63,698 nucleotides of DNA, from assembly GCA_020353155.1 (NCBI GenBank), contig CP070689.1:1765503-1829200 (forward strand). Reading direction: 5' to 3'. The stretch is from Deltaproteobacteria bacterium (lineage in GTDB: Bacteria; Desulfobacterota; Syntrophobacteria; BM002). The position numbers and the translations under genes are program-made. The notes under the pieces were generated by a model, which was not told where the DNA came from, did not search any database, and saw only the letters and a program-made list of their open reading frames with translations. This document shows positions 1 to 9,059 of the stretch, one piece after another; the stretch's first letter is position 1; every line of letters starts with the position of its first letter.

Positions 1-110
1 TCATGAGTAAAAGATCAGGTCCCAGAGAAGCAGCTTTCCGATAATCGAAAAAATTTTCTTAGCCCTTCTATTTTCCCTCCGTGGTTTAATCTAGCCCCTA
101 CTCTTTATTC

Positions 111-126
111 TGGTGCGAGTTTTGCA
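111..126 (+). promoter_or_regulatory. sigma-54-type -24/-12 promoter candidate (TGGTGCG-N4-TTGCA)
   Basis: GG and GC are 10 nt apart, with a perfect TTGCA. Lies ~115 nt upstream of ATG 241. Confidence 0.4.
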
Positions 127-240
127 CGTTTGTGTAAATAGCTCCTGAGAACTATGGCGCCGAGTGGTAAGAATCTCCGGTCCGAGTATTAATAAGACCG
201 CAAGATAGTCTAAGTGACTGAGTTAGAAAGGAGGCAGGAA

Positions 241-1068
241 ATGTCGGCAAGAGAATACTTAGTAACTTATTTTATTGTTATAGCAACAATAATCGCGCTT
301 GCTAGTGGTAGCCCCTTAGCAGAAGAAAAAGGAGTGAACCCGGAGGTTTACGGGACTTGGGATTTGCTGGAAATGGAAAATCTCGGACTGAGGATTCGAT
401 CAACTATGACTATTCAGAAGAATCAGGTGATCACCAGTAACACTTGTTATTACGAAGACTACAGTGTTGTAGCCCAAACCTCCTCTCCCGCGGTAATAAC
501 TAGCAATGAGATCCGGATTCTAGAATCGAGCACGGCCATGGAAGATAGCCCCGGTCTTTTTAGATGCAAGGCTTCGATGGAGGCGGCAACCATGCAATAC
601 CAATTGCGTGACGGCAAGCTCTTCCTATATATGCCGGAAGAAGAAGAAACCATTGCCCTTACCAGATCTGGGGGTCAATTTAGAGGAGCTACAAGATATA
701 AGAAGTCGAAGGAGTCAAAGCCAGAGCTGGCCCACACCAACCAAGGAACCACTTATTCAAAAAAGGGCAAGTACAACGAAGCTATCAAAGAGTACGACAA
801 AGCCATTGCAATAAACCCTAATTGCACATTGGCTTACTACAATCGTAGCGTTGCTTATACGAAAACAAGACAGTATGACAAAGCGATCAACGATTGCAAT
901 AAGGTTCTGCAACTGGATCCCAGGCATGCAAACAGCTATTACACTCGTGGGGTGTCATACTGGCATCTTGGATCAAAGAACCAAGCGGTCAAGGATTTGC
1001 AATCTGCCGCCAAACTTAAACACCAGGGAGCGCAAGCCTACTTAACATCATTGGGAATCAAATGGTAG
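241..1068 (+). CDS. TPR-repeat protein with N-terminal hydrophobic anchor
   Basis: ORF 214..1068. ATG at 241 follows GAAAGGAGG. N-terminal hydrophobic stretch YLVTYFIVIATIIALASG. C-terminus has three 34-aa TPR-like units (YNEAIKEYDKAIAINP, AYYNRSVAY, SYYTRGVSY). Confidence 0.7.
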   Translation: MSAREYLVTYFIVIATIIALASGSPLAEEKGVNPEVYGTWDLLEMENLGLRIRSTMTIQKNQVITSNTCYYEDYSVVAQTSSPAVITSNEIRILESSTAMEDSPGLFRCKASMEAATMQYQLRDGKLFLYMPEEEETIALTRSGGQFRGATRYKKSKESKPELAHTNQGTTYSKKGKYNEAIKEYDKAIAINPNCTLAYYNRSVAYTKTRQYDKAINDCNKVLQLDPRHANSYYTRGVSYWHLGSKNQAVKDLQSAAKLKHQGAQAYLTSLGIKW

Positions 1069-1225
1069 TTGGATTTAGCTGATCCCGCCTTGCAGAATAT
1101 CTGATTACAGCCTGCCTACAGGTGTGAAAACATTTGCGTGCGTAGTGACTCAAACGCATGGTATAAAGACTCATTCTCGCCCGGATATTTTACTAATTGC
1201 TGTGGCAGTAAGTCATTCATGAAAT

Positions 1226-1711
1226 ATGCGGGCTTCTATGAGTCTAGAAATGTATCGTACCTTGGATACTTACAACATTAAACCCGCCAGACTCATCCAT
1301 TGGCATATGGTGGAGAAGTTCAATAAACTGCTGGAAGAGCAAAGCTTGCTGGCTGATTATAGAGAGTGTTTTGACGCCCTGTCAGATGGAAAGTTCGAAT
1401 TCACTGCAAGCTGCACCTACAGAAATTATAAAAAATTCTTTCTGGCCTTTTACCAAGCCTTCGGGCCTTTTTCAGTTGAAGTATCATTCAATGAGGATTA
1501 CCACCCAGACGAATGTGGCTATAACACCACGGTGAATTTCGAGGTGGATGAGGACGGTAATTATGTATTTGCCCTGGTAAATATACTAGCTGCTGGAGAA
1601 AGTGAAAAAACATCCCAAGAGTATGAAAAAAGAAGGACTAATCCTCAACCCCCCTTCGAACCTAACTGCAAGAAAGAAGGAAAAATCCACGACTGGCATG
1701 ACTCTAGTTAA
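1226..1711 (+). CDS. hypothetical protein
   Basis: 161-aa ORF with ordinary composition and no recognisable motif. Confidence 0.4.
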   Translation: MRASMSLEMYRTLDTYNIKPARLIHWHMVEKFNKLLEEQSLLADYRECFDALSDGKFEFTASCTYRNYKKFFLAFYQAFGPFSVEVSFNEDYHPDECGYNTTVNFEVDEDGNYVFALVNILAAGESEKTSQEYEKRRTNPQPPFEPNCKKEGKIHDWHDSS

Positions 1712-1735
1712 AATAGCAACCTATCTCAGAATACA

Positions 1736-2707
1736 TTGAAGTTAGTTAGAGAAAACCTGCTTCTGCTTATCATCTGTCTGGGCCTTCTCCTTGCGTGGTT
1801 CTTGCCCGAGCCGGGGAGGATCCTGAAGAACTGGGGGATGTCCAACCCCCTGATACTCGCAATCTTTTTTTGCCAGGGACTTGGGCTCGATGGAAGGGAG
1901 TTGCAAAGGAGATCCCAGCTGGCTAAAGCAATCGGCTGGGGATTTGTGATCTCTCAAATCATTGGGCCGCTACTGGCTTATACTTCCGTCTATTTCCTCA
2001 ATTGGCGGGGCGACAACCAAATAGGCTTCATGGTGATCTGCTGTATGGCCCCAACTCTTGTCTCTGGGGCAGTTCTGGCAGGAAGGGCAGGGGGAGACGG
2101 TGCCACTGCTCTCATTCTGGCGGTGGGACTTAATCTTTTAGGTATTCTGACTATCCCTCTTAATCTAAAATGGTCTTTAGGGGCAGTTGTTCGTTTGGAC
2201 ACGGCGGGGCTTCTCTTAAAACTGGTGCTGCTGGTATTAGTCCCCGCTGTCATAGGCCAAGCCATCAAGAAACTCCAACCTGAATGGGCCCGCCAGCAGG
2301 AACGATTAATCCGCATTGTCCCCGTTGTAGCTCTGGGGATAATAGTTTACCTCTCCTGCTCATCACAAGCAGATCGCTTGCAGGAGCTGACACTCAGCCA
2401 TCTCGGCTCTTTGCTTTTACCGTCAGTGACAGTGCATCTGCTTCTTTTGGCTGCTGGATACGCAGGTGCCAGATACCTTTTACGCCTAGAAGAACCATCC
2501 TGCCGCTCTCTAGCCATTGTTTGTTCTCAGAAAACCCTACCAATCGCCATTGCCGTTTGGTCCATTGCCTTCGCCGAAGCCTATCCGCTGGCGGTCCTTC
2601 CCGCCCTGGTCTTCCACCCAAGCCAGATCTTCTGTGATGGGGTGTTGGCCACTTTCTGGGGAAAAAGGGGAGGACGGCCATCTTCATGGTCTCGCGACAT
2701 CAATTAA
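1736..2707 (+). CDS. bile acid:sodium symporter (SBF-like/YfeH-like) family transporter
   Basis: 323 aa with about 9-10 hydrophobic segments. The N-terminal region (LILAIFFCQGLGLDGRELQR) resembles SBF-like transporters. TTG start. Confidence 0.65.
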   Translation: MKLVRENLLLLIICLGLLLAWFLPEPGRILKNWGMSNPLILAIFFCQGLGLDGRELQRRSQLAKAIGWGFVISQIIGPLLAYTSVYFLNWRGDNQIGFMVICCMAPTLVSGAVLAGRAGGDGATALILAVGLNLLGILTIPLNLKWSLGAVVRLDTAGLLLKLVLLVLVPAVIGQAIKKLQPEWARQQERLIRIVPVVALGIIVYLSCSSQADRLQELTLSHLGSLLLPSVTVHLLLLAAGYAGARYLLRLEEPSCRSLAIVCSQKTLPIAIAVWSIAFAEAYPLAVLPALVFHPSQIFCDGVLATFWGKRGGRPSSWSRDIN

Positions 2708-2755
2708 TGAAACATCCGGGCTAAACACATTTTTAGTTCAATATCGGTCTGTTGT

Positions 2756-2771
2756 CTGCATGATTCTTGCA
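2756..2771 (+). promoter_or_regulatory. near-sigma-54 motif CTGCATG-ATTC-TTGCA (TG in place of GG), copy 1
   Basis: The 17-mer TCTGCATGATTCTTGCA (2755..2771) is identical to 21797..21813. Lies 50 nt upstream of ATG 2821. Confidence 0.3.
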
Positions 2772-2820
2772 CGTGTACTGTGCACCAAGAACAAGACAAG
2801 GGAAATTTGCCTAGGTTGCT

Positions 2821-3267
2821 ATGAAAGTTGACAAGTTCAAAAGACAAGCCACCCTTCGGGTAAGTACAGGCGGCAATTTGGATGTAAACTTCTTTCTCGA
2901 CTATTCCACCGAGGAGCACCTGGGCAGAGAACTCATCATCGACGTTCTCAATTCTAAAAGAAGCTTTATACCCCTGGAGGATGTACTCAAGGACGAGATC
3001 CTCATGATTGGCAAAAACAGATTCATGGATGTGGAGCTAACAGAGCGAGACCTCTTACCTGAAACGTTAGAGGGTCGGGAAATTCCGGTGCAGATAGAGC
3101 TTATAAACGGGGACACCCTGGAAGGCAGTTTTTTCACCGACCTGCCACCAGACAAGTTAAGACTCAGCGATTATTTGAACCACACCCCGCAATTCATCTA
3201 TCTCTGCCGAGAACCGAACGATGTAATCCTGAACAAGGACTACATTCTCTCGTTGAAGCATAAATGA
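2821..3267 (+). CDS. hypothetical protein
   Basis: 148-aa ORF. Its stop overlaps the next ATG (ATGA at 3264), suggesting translational coupling. Confidence 0.5.
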   Translation: MKVDKFKRQATLRVSTGGNLDVNFFLDYSTEEHLGRELIIDVLNSKRSFIPLEDVLKDEILMIGKNRFMDVELTERDLLPETLEGREIPVQIELINGDTLEGSFFTDLPPDKLRLSDYLNHTPQFIYLCREPNDVILNKDYILSLKHK

Positions 3268-3536
3268 AATGGGAAAACAGAATGGGCCAGCTGAACAATG
3301 ATACGGACTCACAAAAAGAGATCCGTGTGCTCTTATCGAAGGCAGGATTTCCAGAAGAGGGCAAAAAAGTTCTTCGAGCCATGAATGAGAGGATTAACGA
3401 TCTAACCAGGGAAAATCAACAACTAAAAAAAGAAAACACCGAACTTCAGGCCTTGAATAGCTCACTCCAGAAGCTGATGAAAACGGTAGAAAATCAGCTC
3501 AATCAATGGAGAGGTAGTTACATGAGGAAGGGTTAG
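3264..3536 (+). CDS. hypothetical coiled-coil protein
   Basis: 90 aa with a heptad-like Leu/Gln/Asn-rich C-terminal half (LTRENQQLKKENTELQALNSSLQKLMKTVENQLNQW). ATGA overlap with the upstream ORF. Confidence 0.45.
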   Translation: MKWENRMGQLNNDTDSQKEIRVLLSKAGFPEEGKKVLRAMNERINDLTRENQQLKKENTELQALNSSLQKLMKTVENQLNQWRGSYMRKG

Positions 3537-3567
3537 AAGCAGACTATTAAAACAGAGGGGATAAGCT

Positions 3568-3852
3568 ATGAACAAAGGGCAACTAATCGAAATGCTCACT
3601 AACAACTTGGGCATTACAAAAACTGATTCCAAGGCATGCGTTGAGTCAGTCTTTGACGCTATGGCTGCTGCCTTGGCCAAGGGGGACCGCATCGAAATCC
3701 GTGGATTTGCCACATTTAAGCTCAAAGAGTACTCACCCTATACGGGAAGGAATCCGAAGTCCGGCGAAGTGATAGGTGTCGACGGCAAAAGACTTCCCTA
3801 TTTCAAGATGTGCAAGGAACTGAAGCACCGGGTGAATAAAAAAGACGGATAG
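3568..3852 (+). CDS. ihfB: HU/IHF family DNA-binding protein, IHF beta-like
   Basis: 94 aa. Motifs GDRIEIRGFATF, GRNPKSGE and PYFKMCKELK align with the IHF-beta pattern ERIEIRGFGSF...GRNPKTG...PHFKPGKELR. Confidence 0.8.
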   Translation: MNKGQLIEMLTNNLGITKTDSKACVESVFDAMAAALAKGDRIEIRGFATFKLKEYSPYTGRNPKSGEVIGVDGKRLPYFKMCKELKHRVNKKDG

Positions 3853-4241
3853 GCATTTAATACAGCCAGGGTCTCAGCAATTTCCACCGGCTTCCGATCG
3901 TGGCTATGGCTTATCGCCCGTGGCTTATAGTCATTTCTTCGCCCTCGCTGGGCTCCGCTCAGGCCCGCAAGCGGGTTCCCAGTTAGCCTTCGGCGTCATT
4001 CATGATCCACAATTGTGGTAATGAGCTTCTGACAATAAGTGACAGCGAAGCAGAACTAAGGACCAGCTTGTCGAAAATTCCGCTTGCGGTGTGGGCCTCA
4101 ACGGAGCAAAGGTAGTGCACTGTAACCACCCACGGCTTAATCTTCTCTCCTTCGAATCAATCACTTCTTGAAATCTTCTTCTGAGTAACGTAGCATTTCT
4201 AAAGTTGCAGAAAGATCCTACTTGCTGAGATGGAGTAACTG

Positions 4242-4667
4242 ATGGACTCAAAGTTTAGGCAAAAGATGTTGATTTTTTTGTTCTGGTTAGTAGCGCTGAT
4301 GTACATCGTAACCTCGTGTGTTTCAGCTGGAAGTTCAAAACTGACCGAAAACAATATGGAAAAAATAATAAATGGTAAGACCACCAAGAACGAGATTGCT
4401 GAGGTGCTTGGGGAGCCGGAAAAAATCTTAAATTTAGATAGGGAGGGATTGGAAAACTATCTGAGCAGAATTGGCCTCAGTAACTCTTCACCGCATGACT
4501 TTGCAGAAGATCATTATGAAGTGTGGATCTACAATAGGTGGGGTCATATCACCGGTTTGGTTCTTACTCCAAGCTATGAAGAGGCAAAGGCATGCATAAT
4601 TGTTATAGACAGCAGGTCCGTCTGCGTTGAAAAGATGTTTGCAAAGGAGAGTAATTTGGGGTTTTAA
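4242..4667 (+). CDS. hypothetical lipoprotein
   Basis: Signal/lipobox-like N-terminus (LFWLVALMYIVTSC). Weak BamE/SmpA-like motif (GKTTKNEIAEVLGEP). Confidence 0.45.
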   Translation: MDSKFRQKMLIFLFWLVALMYIVTSCVSAGSSKLTENNMEKIINGKTTKNEIAEVLGEPEKILNLDREGLENYLSRIGLSNSSPHDFAEDHYEVWIYNRWGHITGLVLTPSYEEAKACIIVIDSRSVCVEKMFAKESNLGF

Positions 4668-5191
4668 CGAGTCTTCTGTTCTATGAGGACAAGGTTATCC
4701 CTTCGATCTAAGTCTTCAACATAACTTACTTTTCCCATGTTGTCATAATGGATAACTCTTTTGTACACACCCAGTTGCGCAGCAGTGGTGTTTTTATTCA
4801 AATAATATCCTCTTTTTTCCAGTCTGTTATCTCTATCGAAATATGAGACCATCCTGTGGAATCCGTACTTTACAGAATCGCTGTCGGTTGAATAGGCCTC
4901 GCTCACCTTTTTTCTTCCCCAGTAATAGATTACTTTCTTGTACCAGCCCTTCTGCTTTGAGTAATTCTCCGTTGCATAAATCTCCATTTTTTTCTTCTTT
5001 CCCTCATTATCGTAGGAAGCAATTATTTTATGCATGCCTTTCTTAAAATCCGAGTCTTTTTCGGAATAGACAATCTGCTTTGTCAGGCCTCCATATTCAT
5101 TATTTTTAGAAATAATCTCTTCTGTTGCAGCTAAAGCCGTTGCGTTTATATAGAAAAACACTCCAACTGTAAGAAGCGCAGTCGTCTTCAT
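4664..5191 (-). CDS. secreted repeat protein (hypothetical)
   Basis: ATG at 5191 gives signal peptide MKTTALLTVGVFFYINATALA. Internal repeats of about 23 aa rich in Y/K/G. The gene is AT-rich. Confidence 0.45.
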   Translation of the reverse strand: MKTTALLTVGVFFYINATALAATEEIISKNNEYGGLTKQIVYSEKDSDFKKGMHKIIASYDNEGKKKKMEIYATENYSKQKGWYKKVIYYWGRKKVSEAYSTDSDSVKYGFHRMVSYFDRDNRLEKRGYYLNKNTTAAQLGVYKRVIHYDNMGKVSYVEDLDRRDNLVLIEQKTR

Positions 5192-5277
5192 CAAGTATCC
5201 CTCTTTTCCAAGCATGAGCTCAAACCATACAGTGAGATAACGGCTTAACTGATAAATATAGCAGGTTAGAGAGTATT

Positions 5278-5757
5278 CTACTGCTTCTTCTCGGCCTTGT
5301 ATTTTTCTATGGCCTCTTTTAAATCGTCATACTCTTCGCAACCCCAGAGACAGGCATTATCGAGCACTGCCAACCGTTCTTCAGCCTTGGCCAGTTGATC
5401 GGTCTCCAGATAGAGCTCGCCCAGGTACTCATTGGCACCGCGATGTTTAGGGTTTATCCTTAGTGCCATGCGGTAATGTTCGAAAGCTTTGTCAGTATTG
5501 CCTAGTTTTCGATAGCTATAGCCGAGCAGGTTGTGGGTGTCGGCGCTATTGGGGTCTTTTTCCAAGGCTTTGGAAAGATGGACTAATGCCGATTCGTAGT
5601 CTTTTGCTTTAACTGCTTTCTGCCCAGCCTTAAACTCTTGAGAAACAGAAGGTTTTCGACTTGGCTGGCTGCTTGTGCCGGCTGCCAATAGATCGCTGTT
5701 GGTGAAGGCCAAGACAAGGGCCAGGGACAGCAAAGCTATTCTTAAGTTAAGTTTCAT
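5278..5757 (-). CDS. secreted TPR-repeat protein
   Basis: Internal ATG at 5757 is preceded by AAGGAG and gives signal peptide MKLNLRIALLSLALVLAF. TPR units present (YESALVHLSKALEKDP, HNLLGYSYRKLGN, EHYRMALRINP). Confidence 0.7.
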   Translation of the reverse strand: MKLNLRIALLSLALVLAFTNSDLLAAGTSSQPSRKPSVSQEFKAGQKAVKAKDYESALVHLSKALEKDPNSADTHNLLGYSYRKLGNTDKAFEHYRMALRINPKHRGANEYLGELYLETDQLAKAEERLAVLDNACLWGCEEYDDLKEAIEKYKAEKKQ

Positions 5758-5880
5758 ATCTAATCTCCTTACGAAACATTTTGTCAATAGCAAACAATTA
5801 TCAAATCTGGTTGCCGGATCCTCAGAAGTTATATAAACACTCAAAAAGAAGAGTCAACCTGACACAAGCAAAGCATTATC

Positions 5881-5896
5881 TGGATCGTATCTTGCA
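5881..5896 (+). promoter_or_regulatory. sigma-54-type promoter candidate (TGGATCG-N4-TTGCA)
   Basis: Correct GG-N10-GC spacing. Lies ~100 nt upstream of the PilZ gene at 5999. Confidence 0.45.
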
Positions 5897-5998
5897 ATAT
5901 GATTTATTATGGCGTAGCATCTGGCGGTAACAGCGGTCAGCTTGACTGTTACCGAGAGACTTCTAGGAACTTACCCCTACTAAAGAAAGAGGTGGCTA

Positions 5999-6424
5999 AT
6001 GTCAGCGGATAGACGAGTGTATCCCAGAGCCAAGCTCAAATGGCCTGTTGCAATAAAGACTGAAGAAGGATCCATTGACGGGGTGACATTGAACATCACC
6101 CCTGACGGCTGCTTTATCAGCTGCCGAAGACCTCTTAGGTTAAATGTCGTTTTTGATTTAGCCATCAAGATTCCTAAGTCTAAGAGTTCTATACAAGCTA
6201 GGGCGGAGGTGGTATGGTCCAACATCTACGGCCCTGATGACGAGATAACGCCTCGCGGTATGGGAGTCCGCTTCGTAAAGATCACCAGTGAGGCGCGAAA
6301 GTTTATTGCTCAAGCCGCTTTAGAACATTTCAAGGGACAAAAGGTCGAAGTGGAGCTTTTACAGACATTGAGCACCCTTGTCATAGATCTAACAGAAGAA
6401 AAAAAGAAAGTCTCGGGTGGATAA
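5999..6424 (+). CDS. PilZ domain protein
   Basis: RRVYPR (RxxxR) followed by NITPDG ([DN]xSxxG-like). Shares RR.YPRAK.KWPV and GMGVRF with the paralogs at 13586, 30899 and 57394. Confidence 0.8.
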   Translation: MSADRRVYPRAKLKWPVAIKTEEGSIDGVTLNITPDGCFISCRRPLRLNVVFDLAIKIPKSKSSIQARAEVVWSNIYGPDDEITPRGMGVRFVKITSEARKFIAQAALEHFKGQKVEVELLQTLSTLVIDLTEEKKKVSGG

Positions 6425-6548
6425 AGAAAAACATCCGGGTCGTTAATTCCGCTAAACCGGTTTTTCTCTCAGTATCAGCATCTATCCTGCTTCAGGTGGA
6501 AAACCAGCTGTAATATCAAAGTATCAGCTGATAAAGCGGAAGTTGGAT

Positions 6549-7154
6549 ATGGCCCACCCTCGCTATATCAAATCAGGCATTCGTATCTACCGCCATCGTA
6601 GCGGAAAGGGCGCGAACCGCATTCGGTTCCTGGCCTGGAAGGACAGTGTGGAGTTCATCAGGAGGCTTTGGACTCACATGGATTTTGGCGCCTGTCTCAT
6701 GAAGAACTGGAATGAACCCTGTCCAATATGTGAAGATGCCAAGAGGAAAGTAAGCAAAGGCAAAAAATACCGAGCGCTTGTAAAGCAAGGGATTCTGCTG
6801 GGCAAGAATCCTAGGATGCTTGCCCAGATCATAGACCGCAACGAGGAAGAGACGGGTGTACAACTCTGGGATGTTGCTGGCAGTGAGGTCGAGAAAGCCC
6901 TTATCAATTTGAGCGTCCACAAGGATACAGGACTCATTGTACCCTGGACTGACCCAGATTATGGTTGCGATCTTATCTACGATTACGATTCCGCTCAGGA
7001 AAATCCCGAACCGAGCAACCTGAGACGGTCTTGGCAGAGCAAACTGAATATTGAGTTGTACGATGGAGCCATGGATTTCGATGAGGATATTATCAACAAA
7101 ATGTCTTATGAGAAGTTGGCAGCGATTTATGCTGAATTTAGTCAGCAGGAGTAA
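6549..7154 (+). CDS. phage T4 gp32-like zinc-finger ssDNA-binding protein (putative)
   Basis: KGANRIRFLA resembles gp32 NGQAVIRFLP. H-x6-C-x8-C-P-I-C resembles the gp32 His-Cys3 zinc site (H-x12-C-x9-C-P-V-C). Downstream, LIVPWTDPDYGCDL resembles VTCPWEGANF. The alternative TTG start at 6543 is possible. Confidence 0.5.
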   Translation: MAHPRYIKSGIRIYRHRSGKGANRIRFLAWKDSVEFIRRLWTHMDFGACLMKNWNEPCPICEDAKRKVSKGKKYRALVKQGILLGKNPRMLAQIIDRNEEETGVQLWDVAGSEVEKALINLSVHKDTGLIVPWTDPDYGCDLIYDYDSAQENPEPSNLRRSWQSKLNIELYDGAMDFDEDIINKMSYEKLAAIYAEFSQQE

Positions 7155-7160
7155 GTGTTA

Positions 7161-7282
7161 AGCAGCCAGTAGGCAGTAGTCAGTAGATAGAATGCAGCAG
7201 CATCTCCGGGCGTCTTGGAAACGCTGGTATATTCTGAACTTACCTTCTAACTGCTGAATCCTGACTCCTAACTCCTGGCTCC
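7161..7282. repeat. intergenic word-array inverted repeat (CAGTAG-type words)
   Basis: The left arm GCCAGTAGGCAGTAGTCAGTAG is roughly complementary to the right arm CTGACTCCTAACTCCTGGC. Confidence 0.6.
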
Positions 7283-7294
7283 TTCCCGCCCCTT

Positions 7295-7606
7295 ATGATT
7301 GACAAGACGAAGACAATCAAGACTGTCACAGAAAAGCTTAAGGAACTCCCCCTGGGCCACTATTTGGACTTGCGAACCTATAAGCGGAACCGTTCTGTGA
7401 TTATCGTCAAACAGGGGCACGAGGACCTATTGGTCATAGAGAACGGTCACTATCAGGAGAGATTTTATCTCAAACAGGAAAAGCTCAAGAAGCTGCTGAA
7501 AACCCTTTTGAGAAAAGAGTTCCCTAGGAGCAATAAAATAAGGCTCTATATTATGGGGAACTTCAAGGAGGATGAGGCCCAGAATCTGAAGCGAAAAGTC
7601 CTCTAG
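7295..7606 (+). CDS. hypothetical protein
   Basis: 103-aa basic ORF downstream of the gp32-like gene. No motif recognised. Confidence 0.4.
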   Translation: MIDKTKTIKTVTEKLKELPLGHYLDLRTYKRNRSVIIVKQGHEDLLVIENGHYQERFYLKQEKLKKLLKTLLRKEFPRSNKIRLYIMGNFKEDEAQNLKRKVL

Positions 7607-7707
7607 CCAATCCTAGCGCGACTTTTGCTATTGACAAATAGCTTGTATCTAATTAAGCGATAGATATCAGCGATAAGGACTACCTGAAGCCGCCGGAGAA
7701 AGAGTGC

Positions 7708-8079
7708 ATGGAAAAAAGAAATTTTGACAGAATCCCCTTCCAAACCAAAGCGATAGTGAGGTCCAAGGAGACCACAGTAATTGGCATAGTAGAAAATTTG
7801 AGTTTGGACGGGATATTTTTGAAAACGCCAGAAAAACTAAATCTCAACAGAATCGTCAAGATTGAGTTACTATTTACCGGAACTTCATCTCAACTTTCCA
7901 TTCTTTTGGACGGAAAAATAATGCGCCATGAAAATATAGGAATGGCAATTCAATTCAAAAATGTCGACATGGACGCGTTTTTTCATCTTAAAAATCTCAT
8001 CTCCTACAATACGAATCAGATGGGAAAGTTAAAAAATGACTTTAAGAAATTTATAAAGACGAAAGGCAAAAAAACCTAA
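7708..8079 (+). CDS. PilZ domain protein
   Basis: RNFDR (RxxxR) and NLSLDG ([DN]xSxxG). More divergent than the other four single-domain PilZ genes. Confidence 0.7.
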   Translation: MEKRNFDRIPFQTKAIVRSKETTVIGIVENLSLDGIFLKTPEKLNLNRIVKIELLFTGTSSQLSILLDGKIMRHENIGMAIQFKNVDMDAFFHLKNLISYNTNQMGKLKNDFKKFIKTKGKKT

Positions 8080-8203
8080 TAGTTTATCGTACGGGCAATC
8101 TCCGCCTAATCCTCTATAGGCCAAAGTATTTTCCCCCTATCTGTTCTCTTCCCACTCTTTCTAGGTAATAATATAATCACTCCCTTTTCAATGCGAAGAG
8201 GTT

Positions 8204-8416
8204 TGAAGCTTAGGGCATGGGGCATAGAGCATAGGGAAAGGAGTCAGAATCCAGAATCCAGAATTCAGTAGTAAAGCGATCAAAACCGGGTTCCTCTCAA
8301 CATTTCGTCCCTAATTAACGCCTGATTCTATACAGTGCCTAGTGCTTAGTGCATGGTGCCTAGTGATTTGATACTAGCTAACGCAGGCCTTGTGCCCTGA
8401 GCCTTGAGCCTTCAGC
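8204..8416. repeat. composite word-array element (GGCATAG / CAGAATC / TAGTGCC / CCTTGAG words)
   Basis: GGGCATGGGGCATAGAGCATAGGG-AAAGG-AGTCAGAATCCAGAATCCAGAATTCAG ... GTGCCTAGTGCTTAGTGCATGGTGCCTAGTG ... CCTTGTGCCCTGAGCCTTGAGCC. Confidence 0.65.
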
Positions 8417-8429
8417 ATGGGGCAACCTC

Positions 8430-9059
8430 ATGGTTGGTGAAACAACAATTCCACTCTTTCCCCTCGAAGTAGTGCTGATGCCCTCAATGCCTTTGCCGCT
8501 GCACATCTTTGAGGAAAGGTACAAGCTGATGATCGGTGAGTGCCTGGAGCAAAAAAGGGAATTTGGAGTGGTTTATCAAAAAGGCAGCGACATGAAAAAG
8601 ATCGGCTGTACGGCCAGGATAGTACAAGTACTGAGACGCTTTGATGATGGGCGTCTAGACATAATGACCCAGGGAGCAGAACGCTTCGTAATAGAGAGTA
8701 TCAACGAAGACAAGCCCTATTTGCAGGCTGAGGTGATCTATTTCGATGACGAAAGGGAAAAAGGAGCTGATAATTTAATCGCTGACGGCATCAAGTTGCT
8801 TGAAGCGTTAGACGGCATGACTGGCAAGAAAAGGGACTACAGGTCATTGTCAAGGATGGATCGCAAAACCATATCTTTTGTGATTTGCTATAACGATGTC
8901 TTTAGCATGGAGGAAAAGCAAAGTTTTCTGGAAATGACGTCAACCAGCGAGCGTATTAGGAAAGGCGTTGATTCTTTAAGAAAAGCGGTTGAGCTTATGC
9001 AGATAACCGAAGAAATCAGGCGAATTGCTGGGGGAAATGGTGATCTCAGAAGTAAGTAA
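8430..9059 (+). CDS. LON substrate-binding (Lon N-terminal) domain protein
   Basis: IPLFPLEVVLMPSMPLPLHIFEERYKLMI is the typical start of the Lon N-terminal domain. No ATPase or protease part is present. Confidence 0.75.
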   Translation: MVGETTIPLFPLEVVLMPSMPLPLHIFEERYKLMIGECLEQKREFGVVYQKGSDMKKIGCTARIVQVLRRFDDGRLDIMTQGAERFVIESINEDKPYLQAEVIYFDDEREKGADNLIADGIKLLEALDGMTGKKRDYRSLSRMDRKTISFVICYNDVFSMEEKQSFLEMTSTSERIRKGVDSLRKAVELMQITEEIRRIAGGNGDLRSK

